Below are positions 56,365 to 64,000 of a DNA stretch of 64,000 bases, piece by piece. This DNA comes from Vicinamibacterales bacterium. Its GTDB lineage: Bacteria > Acidobacteriota > Vicinamibacteria > Vicinamibacterales > UBA8438. Below the pieces are notes generated by a model that did no database searches, was not told the origin of the DNA, and saw only the letters and a program-made list of their open reading frames with translations. Location: assembly GCA_965229825.1 (NCBI GenBank), contig CBDDJQ010000012.1, positions 364,067 through 428,066 of the forward strand. Reading direction: 5' to 3'. How positions within the stretch are numbered: position 1 is the stretch's first letter; every line of letters begins with the position of its first letter. Made by a program: the position numbers and the translations under genes.

Positions 56365-56795
56365 CGGTTCTGCCTGTCCTCAAGTTCACGAGCTCCAGGA
56401 CTGCTGCGGGAGCGAGAATCCGGATTCCGTGGTACGGATCCAGCTCCAGCAGGTGTCTATCGCCGGTCGCGATAGCATCCGCACGCGCCCCCAACGCCGC
56501 CCCAATCACGTGATCGTCGTCGGCGTCCGCGGGCACGGCCCGATCCACCGGCATCGGTCCGACCAGCGTCGTGACCGCCCCGTACCGCCGCGTCAGGAAC
56601 GCCGGCGTGAGGTCGCGTGAAGTCAACGCCGCGACGAACTTTCCGCGTTCAAGAACTCCGGCCAACTCGTCGAGAAAGGACAGCGCTCGAGAACAGCGCG
56701 ATCTCGCCGCTCACGGCCAAGTCGAGGAGTCGCTCGGGCGGTCCGTCCCAAATCAGCGCCGACACGACCACGTTGGTGTCAAGCACCAGCCGCAC
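56357..56795 (-). pseudogene. PIN-family toxin (PIN_3/TIGR00305-like) with one frameshift near 56680-56690
   Basis: GTG 56795 gives VRLVLDTNVVVSALIWDGPPERLLDLAVSGEIALFSSAV. After a frame change the protein continues LDELAGVLERGKF...DDDHVIGAALGARADAIATGDRHLL. Confidence 0.7.
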
Positions 56796-57024
56796 GCCGG
56801 CGCCTCTCCGCCCGGACGGCATCCACTTCCCTCTGAATTTCCGCCATGGTCATCGGCGCAAGCTCGGCCGCAGCCAACTCCTTCGCAGCATCCAGAAGCT
56901 CCCGTCCCGCGCGCCGACGAAGCGCATCGCGAATCATGGCCTCAACCGCGCGGCCGGCAAGCAGTCCCTGGCTCCTCGCTTCCTCCGCCAACTCATCCGG
57001 CAATTCGATGGTGATCGTCGTCAT
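56779..57024 (-). CDS. putative antitoxin of the PIN_3 module
   Basis: 81 aa, MTTITIELPDELAEEARSQG. Its 3' end overlaps the toxin GTG by 17 nt. Confidence 0.55.
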   Translation of the reverse strand: MTTITIELPDELAEEARSQGLLAGRAVEAMIRDALRRRAGRELLDAAKELAAAELAPMTMAEIQREVDAVRAERRRRAAGA

Positions 57025-57401
57025 GGGTCCTCCACGCAGAAACTCCGCCGTTCGTCACGCTTCGACACCCTCAGTACTCAGAATCATCGCAAAGAGCCGT
57101 CGACGACAACCGTGCGAACGTGGATTCCTTCTTCTTCCGACAAGCGCTCCGCTTGCTGTCGCAGATCCTCTCGCGCCGACTTCATGGACGGCCACTTCGG
57201 GCGATGGCTCTCTCGAAGCTCGCCCGGCCGAGGAAGGCTCATCCAGACGACGACGTAGACTCCATGACTCGCGCCGAGCTGGGGCATGTAATACGGATCG
57301 CATCGCCTGACATCGTTCCGCGGCCCGGCACCTGAACCAGAATATCGACCTCGGACCCCGGCTCGCCGCCACGAGCAAGCGCAACGCTGCGCCTATGGAT
57401 C

Positions 57402-57526
57402 TCCACTTCCCGATCGGCAGCAACCGCGTAGTCCCGCATGTACAAACGAACCACCGCGCACAGCTTCCACTTCCCGATCGGCGACCGCGTAGTCCCGCAT
57501 GTACAAACGAACCACCGCGCACAGCT
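57402..57526. repeat. tandem duplication, 64-bp + 61-bp copies
   Basis: TCCACTTCCCGATCGGC(AGCA/G)ACCGCGTAGTCCCGCATGTACAAACGAACCACCGCGCACAGCT occurs twice. It encodes KLCAVVRLYMRDYAVA(A)DREVE twice and shifts the frame. Confidence 0.9.
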
Positions 57527-58668
57527 TGCGCGATACGTGTTCCTCGGCCTTCGGCGTCTGAACCGCGCCTTTGGCCGCATTCCACAGGTCTTCCGGACTC
57601 TCTCCGTCGTCCCGCCTCAGCGCGGTCGCGTAGTTCTCCAAGGCGTATTCGATTCCGTCGACGACGTCATCCTCCGACCGAATCAATCGCTTCGCCTCCG
57701 CGCCAACTACGCTGGCAACTACATCCACGCAAAATGGGGACCAGCGCGAAAGCCGCAGAGCGCGCTCCGCCTCGGATCTCGGCCGTCTGAGCCACGGATA
57801 ACGCCCACCGAAACCGCGTTCCAGATTCCGCAGCGCGACCACGGATTCGACATCCTCCAAACCGCCGAGGTACGAAATCAAGCGGCTCCTCAACGTGCGT
57901 ACCGACTCGTCCGCCGTGACCTCGTGAACACCCTCGAAGACTCGATCGGTCTCCGGCGGAAACAGCTCAATCAGGATCTCCGCCAACTCGCCCACTTGCT
58001 GCGTAGAAACCGACTTGAGAAGCCTCGATTCGCCTTCGTGAGCCAATCTCCCCATGACTCGGCGCCCTCGTTCGTCCCCAGAACACACAAATGCCTTCAG
58101 CGAATCCCAGGTCTCCCCCGCTCGCCAGCGCAACAACGATACCGCGACCGTTTCAACGACCGGCTCGTCCATCCCTTCCACCGCGCCGTTCAGAATATCC
58201 AGGCACACGGGGATCGATATCTCCGGCGCGCGCGTCAACACGAACTTCCCGACGGTGTTGACGTTGCGCTCCGAAATCGCGTTTGCCCGCATTGCCGCAC
58301 ACAGCTTCTCGTCGAGTTCGGTATTGGGCTTCTCCAGCAACAACGGCAGCAAACTCGGCAAGATGTCGCCAAAGTCGTCGTCCTGTCCCGACGCGAGCCC
58401 CAAAACCTCCTGACACACGGTAGCTGGACTATTCTCATTGAGAAGCCCCAAGATCCCCTGCTTGGGTTCGCTGGGTTCACCGGCTAGGTCCGGTATCACC
58501 CCACGAAGAATGTACCAACACCAGCTCTTCCACCACGACTCCGCACGCGACTCCAGCCAGCCCGCATCGCGTTCCAGAATGAGCCACATTGCTCCGAGAA
58601 CATCCCCAGGAATCGATCTCGGCGCCAAGTCGCGCGAAGCCTCGGACGCAATGTCCTCCTCAGACAGG

Positions 58669-58676
58669 TATCTTCT
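58669..58676. repeat. 8-bp target-site duplication TATCTTCT (left)
   Basis: Identical to 60416-60423, directly abutting the ISL3 inverted repeats. Confidence 0.85.
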
Positions 58677-60415
58677 GAGTCTCCTCAAATGCGTGTGGGT
58701 AGCGGCGGCGCCAGTTCTATGCCTCCACAGCAGAGGAACAGCATCGAGATCAACGCGCCGGGCGAGTGGAAGCCATAGGCGCGACGCGCGATCACCCGCA
58801 GCTTGTTGTTGATGCCCTCCACCGGACCGTTCGTCATCTTCGTGTCCAGGTACGCCAGGATGCCTTCAGCGTGTTTCCGAATCGTACGCCCCAGCTTCAC
58901 GAACGGCGTCAGGCGGGACCGCGCAGCCCACTCCAGCCACTCATCGAGCAGCGCCGGCGCATCCTCGGGTGTCGCCTGCCCCAGGATCGTCGCCAGGTAC
59001 TCCTTCAGTTCGTAGGCCCGGTCCAGCGCCCGGTTCTTACGACGCAACGTCTCCAGACGCCGGGCCTCACCAGGCCTCAGCCGCGCCGGGTGCTTCAGCA
59101 ACGCATAGCGCGTCCCCTTGAGCGCCTTCGCATCCTCCGGCTCCGAGGCCAGCCGCCGCTGCTCCGAACGCCGCACCTCGTCAACCGCATCCGCCGCAAG
59201 CCGTTCAACGTGAAACCGGTCGAACACCACCCGCGCGTGCGGAACCCACGCCCGCAGCGCCTTCTGCCAGCTCGACGCCAGGTCCGCCGTCACCAACTCG
59301 ATCCGCGCACAGCCACCAGGTCCCAACTGCTCGAAGAAGGCCCCCAGCGTCTCGGCGCTGCGCCCCCGCCCCGCCCAAACCACCCGACGCTCGTCATGGT
59401 CAACCACGATCGTCAGGTAGCGGTGACGCTTCCGGTAGCTGAACTCATCGACGCCGATTCGTCTCAGCTTGGCGAACCGAGCCCCGTCCAGCCGCCGCGC
59501 CACAACCCGTTCCACGATGCTGCCCACCGTCACCCACGATATCCCCAGCAGGCGGCTCACCGCCGTCCGGTCCGTCACCTGCGCCAGATACGCCGCCAAT
59601 TCCTCGAACCCCGACGTGAACACGCTGCTGCCGCTCGCCCACGGCACCTGCTCCACCTTCACCCCGCGGCAACGCCGGCACGACACCCGCCACGGCGCAT
59701 ACCGCAGCCACGCCGGCATCCGGCCCCAGGACAGATGCCGCCACTCGCGCACCGGCTGCCGGTCATACCGCGGCGACCGCTTCCCGCACGTCCCGCACCG
59801 GGAACGCCGCCACGCCGGCTCCACCGACACCGTCAACGGACCGTCGGCGGCCATTTCCACCTGCTTGACGTACATCTGCGTGACACCCAACAGCCGCCGT
59901 AGTAACGTAGTCAGACGCATGGGGCTCTCCTCCTCGCGGGTCGTGGTGATACACGCCCATGAGACCAGGAAGCCCCTTGCGTTTGCAACCGCTTCCGCCA
60001 AGCGAGACGACGCACGCGGCCCCGACAACACCCTTGGCCCCGCCCAACGGGCGTCCGCCGCCGGCGCCGGGACCCGAGGTGGCCGTTGGGGCAATCAGCC
60101 AGCGTCTATCCCCGAACCGCCAGCCGTCGCGCTTTCCGCGTTGTCGTGGACGGCCGGGACGCCCCCGTCCAGGCCGGGCCGCAAGGCCCATATCTGCTGC
60201 TTGAGCGGAGGGACGGACGGTGTGTCACCCGAAGGGCCGCAGCGCAGCGAAGGACGCGCGTAGCGCGTTGACACGCCGGCCGGCCCGCAGCTACTCCGCT
60301 CCGACTATATCCCGCCACGGTGCGCCACGCCCGCCGCCGGTCAGGTGAACTGCCAGCACCCCTCGCCGACCCGCCGATCGCGCCTCAACCCACCCACACC
60401 CGTTTGAGGAGAGCC
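58677..60415 (-). mobile_element. ISL3-family insertion sequence (1739 bp)
   Basis: Inverted repeats: GAGTCTCCTCAAATGCGTGTGGGT at 58677, and GGCTCTCCTCAAACGGGTGTGGGT as the reverse complement ending at 60415. 8-bp TSD TATCTTCT. Single intact transposase ORF. Confidence 0.9.
58685..59920 (-). CDS. ISL3-family transposase
   Basis: ATG 59920 follows GAGGAGGAG. N-terminal zinc finger CGTCG..CRRC, then GVDEFSYRKRHRYLTIVVD and DRFHV. 411 aa. Confidence 0.9.
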   Translation of the reverse strand: MRLTTLLRRLLGVTQMYVKQVEMAADGPLTVSVEPAWRRSRCGTCGKRSPRYDRQPVREWRHLSWGRMPAWLRYAPWRVSCRRCRGVKVEQVPWASGSSVFTSGFEELAAYLAQVTDRTAVSRLLGISWVTVGSIVERVVARRLDGARFAKLRRIGVDEFSYRKRHRYLTIVVDHDERRVVWAGRGRSAETLGAFFEQLGPGGCARIELVTADLASSWQKALRAWVPHARVVFDRFHVERLAADAVDEVRRSEQRRLASEPEDAKALKGTRYALLKHPARLRPGEARRLETLRRKNRALDRAYELKEYLATILGQATPEDAPALLDEWLEWAARSRLTPFVKLGRTIRKHAEGILAYLDTKMTNGPVEGINNKLRVIARRAYGFHSPGALISMLFLCCGGIELAPPLPTRI

Positions 60416-62940
60416 TATCTTCTTGCCACGTCCACGATCCGGTCCCGTGTTTGGCAGTCGGCCTCCCGCCACCCCGGGGTCCGGGTCAGGAACCGCTCAA
60501 GGCGGCCGTAGTAGGTGCTGGTCAGTTCGAGCGTAAGCTCCCTGCAAAGGTCCCTAAAGTGTCGTATGTCCTTCGTCTCGGCCAAGCGCAGACGCTGCAG
60601 AACACGGTTGCGTGGCGGCGGATCTAGCGCCCGGGACTCATGCTGGCGTGAGCGGCCCGCGTTCGTCCTCCAATCTTCTCGAAGCTCTCTTGCCTCGCCG
60701 GAAGCCAGGTCAACAGACTTCTGGTTGCCCAGAATCGACTTCACCGGTTCGTCATCACATACCCGCAGCCATGCACTGATATTCTCTGGCCTGTTCCACC
60801 AGCGAAGCGGCCAAGCCAAGTGTAAATAGTTCTGCCGCGCAGCCATCTTTCGCCGCCGGTCGCAAGCTCGGGCCAAGAGCCAAGGAAAGTCGATCTCCTG
60901 CGATAGGCCCGGGGTCAACTGCACCAGTGTCAAGAGTTCTTCGCGGGTCTCGACGACCCTCACCAGCTCAGCGATCAATCTCCGCCGCGCACCAGGTGTC
61001 GTCCGAAGCGGCGCCTTCTCTTCCGCCTCAGCGCCCGACCGGTCTTCAAGTCGATTCTGGGGCAACCAGACAAGGCTGCTGTAGTGCCTGGCCCAATGTC
61101 GAATCAATGCCGTCAACTTGCCCGAAACCCGTGCATCCTCCAGTTCGTGCAGCGCCCGCTGCGCGATCCGCATTGCAATTCGGTGGAGTACATCCGCATC
61201 ACTCGGTTGCGTCGATTGGGTGGTCGCCCAGCGTAGCCCCGCTGCGACGTGGCCGGCGGCGGCGAATTCCTCACTATCCAATTGCGCCAGAAAGCTTTCG
61301 TATGCTCCGTAGAGGGTCGGTCGACGTCGCGGCGTCAGAGCCCGGAGGAGATCAGGGGTGGATAGGTGGTCGGGCCAGTTGCATCGCAAGGCAATGCCCT
61401 TCAGGTCATCGTCCCTATCCTCCGGAACGCCCTCGATGAGCGGCTGGAGGCGTTGCCGCGCCGTGGCGTGGCCGCACTGCTCGAGCGCGTAGCCGGCTGC
61501 GGTGCGCATCCGAAGGGGTGCTGCGGAGTCCAGAACGAGGTCAGCCAAATCGTCGCTCAACGAGGAGAGCTCCCAACTGGCTGCGAGTCGGACGGCGCAC
61601 TCAAGTACGTCGTCGCAACCGCTTCCGCTGTCATGGAGCACGGGCCGAAGATCCACGTCGGCATGGTCGTACCGGAGGCCCTTGAGTTCAAGGACGCCGG
61701 GCAACAACTGGGCGTCAGTCATCTCTCCCCGCCGAAACCGGTCCAGCAGCGCAAGGGTGGCTGCCCGTCGGGTGGAGTCTGCGACATCCGATAGGCCGAT
61801 CACCTCGGGATCGCGAGCGGCGATCCAATCCGCCACATCGGCGCTGAACATGGCGGTGAATGCCGCGGTCTCTCGGAGGGGCCCGGCAACACCAGCCTTC
61901 CAACCGTCCGGACCCGCGAGGAACGCGGTCGCCTGATGGGTCGGCAACCGCGCAAGCCGACGGCCTGCCAGGTACTCCGCGAACTGTCGATGGCCGAAAC
62001 GGAACGACAGCGGCGACGTGTAGTCAGAGATTCCGGACAACCTTATGGCACGTAGCTCTTCCGCTGTGACCCTGCCTGACAGGTCGTGAAGACTCAGTTG
62101 ATGCGGCGGTGGCTCGTCACCGAGGTGCACGGTCTCCCGGCCAGAAAGGATCATGTAGCATGCCAGACGCTCTGCGGCTTCAAGCAGTTCGGTGGGCGGG
62201 ACGGGATTCTGCGTGTCGATTTCGTGGCGGTCCTCCGGGTCGGACACGAGCAGTTCGAGGCCCCTCCCGAAGAGGTCCTTCTGGGAAGCAGGTAGTCCGT
62301 GCCTGGATTGATGATGCAGCCGCATCAGCATTCGGAGCGAAAGGGGTTGGCCGGCGAGACTTCGAGCACCGGAACTGTGAATCCGTTCAAGGAACGCAAC
62401 GGGATCGTTCACATGGGAGGTGGCGGCGGTCAGGATGTGCTCATCGCTGAGCGGTTGGAGAAGCGCGGTGGCGAACGATTGGTCCCCGGCGAAATCGCGG
62501 ATGACCTGAGTGAGCTCGGGAGGCCAGACGGCCGATCGACATGTGATTCTGATCGACGCTCGGGTGCCTTGCAGTCGCTCGGTGACCCAACGCTTGATCG
62601 CGAGCCAGCGGCCGCGTGCAGGTATCATCGCCTCGTCCAAGGCATCCAGGTAGAAGGCCGTCTTGTGGTCGGCGCCGGTCGAGAGTGCGGCGAGGTGTTC
62701 ACGAAGCTCGGTGGACGATTCGGCGAACTCGGCCAATCTGCACTCGTGCAGGGAGGCGTCGGAAGCGCGCTCGTGTTCGGCGAGTCGCTCGGCCTCGGTG
62801 GTCTTGCCGGCGCCCGCGGCGCCGAGCATGACGACAGCGCGAAAGCGAGATAGCTCAACGGTGCGGAGCTGTTCTGTCTTGTCCTCGGTGGTGACGGACC
62901 AGAGGCGCTCGATACCCCACGTCGTGGATTGCGCGGTCAT
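60415..62940 (-). pseudogene. N-terminal portion of STAND (NACHT-like) P-loop NTPase gene, truncated by ISL3
   Basis: ATG 62940 overlaps the upstream stop (ATGA). Walker A MLGAAGAGKTT lies about 40 aa from the start, and Walker B is FYLDALDEA. A long helical (HEAT/ARM-like) region follows. The TAG at 60415-60417 is created at the IS junction. Confidence 0.8.
60416..60423. repeat. 8-bp target-site duplication TATCTTCT (right)
   Basis: See 58669-58676. Confidence 0.85.
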
Positions 62941-64000
62941 GACCTGCGGGGCCCGTTCTCGGTGGTCCAACGCGCGAACGCTTGCCATGCCGTGCGGTAG
63001 TCCTGCTCGCGGTCGCATCGGTCGAAGGGCGCCCGGTACTCGATCTGGCGCTCCACGGGGCCGCCGGGGAGTGTGTCGTCGATGATGCGCCGGGTGATGA
63101 CGCCGTCCTGGAGATCGCGGACGTCCTCCCACCCAAGGGCGGTGTCAGCGCGGACGGCGGCGGGGGTGCGCAGGGTCCAGGCCGTGTCACCCGTGACGGC
63201 CTTGCGAGGCAGGCCGACGCGGGGGAGGCCCTTCGAGGCGGTGAAGACGATGCGGCCGTTGGCGTCGTACCACGTGTCCACCTCGTACTGGCGCATGACG
63301 GGAAACTGCACGCGGTAGATGGTTAGCAACTCGTCGAGCGTCAGACCAAGTGCCAGCGCCGCCAGCACGTCGATCTCCACAAGCGCCTGGCGGCGGGCGT
63401 AGTCGCTGCGCAGGGCGACGCCACGGCGCCAGTCGGGCGGCAGGCCGAGGAAATCGGCGGCCAGACGGGGATCGGGGCGGGTCCAGGCGTCGCCGCGAAA
63501 CGCGTCCAGGCAGGGGACGCTGGCGCCGGGCAGGCGAGCCCGGCAGGCGTCCCGCCAGAGGTCGGCGTAGTGGACGGTGATGCAGGAGAGGCGGAGCGCC
63601 CGCAGGTGCAGGGCACTGCGCAGGCGGGGATGGCAGTCGTCGGTGAGAATGGGGAGGCGGCTGAGCCACGCGCGTTGGACGTGCCCGATGCCGGTGCTCT
63701 TGACAAAGAAGTCGAGGACGAGGGATATCGACAGGGCCGCGAAGTCTAGGCAGGCGCTCGCATCGTGGAAGATGCTCGCAACAGCGGTGTGTATGTGGGC
63801 CGTCCCCCCAGCGATCAACGCGGTGATGAGCGTGCGTTCCGCGGACGGGCCAACCATCTCCCGATTCAAGACGCGGTAGTACGCGGTCACCTTTCGGGGC
63901 GCGCTCTCGCCGGGCTCCCGCCACGGGACCGCGGGTGTGCGGCGCCGATATTCGTCCGGCTCACAGGCGGGCACGTAGTTGGTACGCGGCAGGTAGTCGT
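62937..64000 (-). CDS. C-terminal part of a large DNA methyltransferase / type IIG-IIL RM-like protein (partial, continues past window end)
   Basis: The frame is open to position 64000. ERTLITALIAGGTAHIHTAV and LVLDFFVKS resemble the TaqI_C-like target-recognition region. The C-terminal strings ALVEIDVLAALALGLTLDELLTIY and YRAPFDRCDREQDYRTAW recall RM-type methylase tails. This is recognition by memory only. Confidence 0.45.
   Translation of the reverse strand, partial: DYLPRTNYVPACEPDEYRRRTPAVPWREPGESAPRKVTAYYRVLNREMVGPSAERTLITALIAGGTAHIHTAVASIFHDASACLDFAALSISLVLDFFVKSTGIGHVQRAWLSRLPILTDDCHPRLRSALHLRALRLSCITVHYADLWRDACRARLPGASVPCLDAFRGDAWTRPDPRLAADFLGLPPDWRRGVALRSDYARRQALVEIDVLAALALGLTLDELLTIYRVQFPVMRQYEVDTWYDANGRIVFTASKGLPRVGLPRKAVTGDTAWTLRTPAAVRADTALGWEDVRDLQDGVITRRIIDDTLPGGPVERQIEYRAPFDRCDREQDYRTAWQAFARWTTENGPRRS

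Larger units (their letters stand above)
57084..58676 (-). pseudogene. C-terminal portion of the IS-disrupted STAND NTPase gene (helical repeats plus PD-(D/E)xK-like tail)
   Basis: Reading continues in frame across the ISL3 insertion (..DRIVDVARR | YLSEEDIAS..). It is further broken by a 61-bp tandem duplication (57402-57526) and a second frame change near 57290. Confidence 0.7.

Noticed and set aside
23092-57526. The tandem repeats (23092-23166, 40788-41036, 57402-57526, 13354-13495) as CRISPR arrays.
   Set aside because: There are no unique spacers between repeats, only 2-5 copies, and the repeats lie inside or copy coding sequence. No cas genes are present.

Overview
High-GC (~70% by eye) bacterial chromosomal segment. 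Taxonomy is inference only: the DUF1592/DUF1552 pair, many Tat/Sec-exported enzymes and the codon bias fit a soil Acidobacteriota/Gemmatimonadota-like organism. Positions 1-42.5 kb are mostly ordinary chromosome: cysS, yraN-like, tRNA-Gly, tRNA-Cys, transporters (MFS, NhaC, BCCT), exported redox and hydrolytic enzymes, a desaturase followed by a two-component system, and peroxiredoxin. The left end carries two abutting IS elements (a decayed IS4/Tn5-like element and an intact IS1380-family element) 23 bp upstream of cysS. Positions 42.6-64.0 kb are an accessory defence/toxin-antitoxin island, almost entirely on the minus strand. It contains a Fic gene coupled to a 38-codon ghost of a giant helicase gene, then an apparently intact operon: 273-aa unknown, PIN (frameshifted), a 2219-aa DEAD/DEAH-DUF1998-nuclease helicase (DruE/Hhe-like) and an SF1 UvrD-like helicase. 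Beyond that lie decayed TA modules, an Rpn-like pseudogene, and a STAND NTPase gene split by an ISL3 element with perfect 8-bp target duplications. The STAND gene is translationally coupled to an upstream methyltransferase-like gene that runs off the window. The best candidate for an undescribed system is the two-helicase operon at 44681-54786. All homology calls come from motif recognition by eye; no searches were run. Several accessory genes carry frameshifts at G/C runs, so sequencing indels must be excluded.
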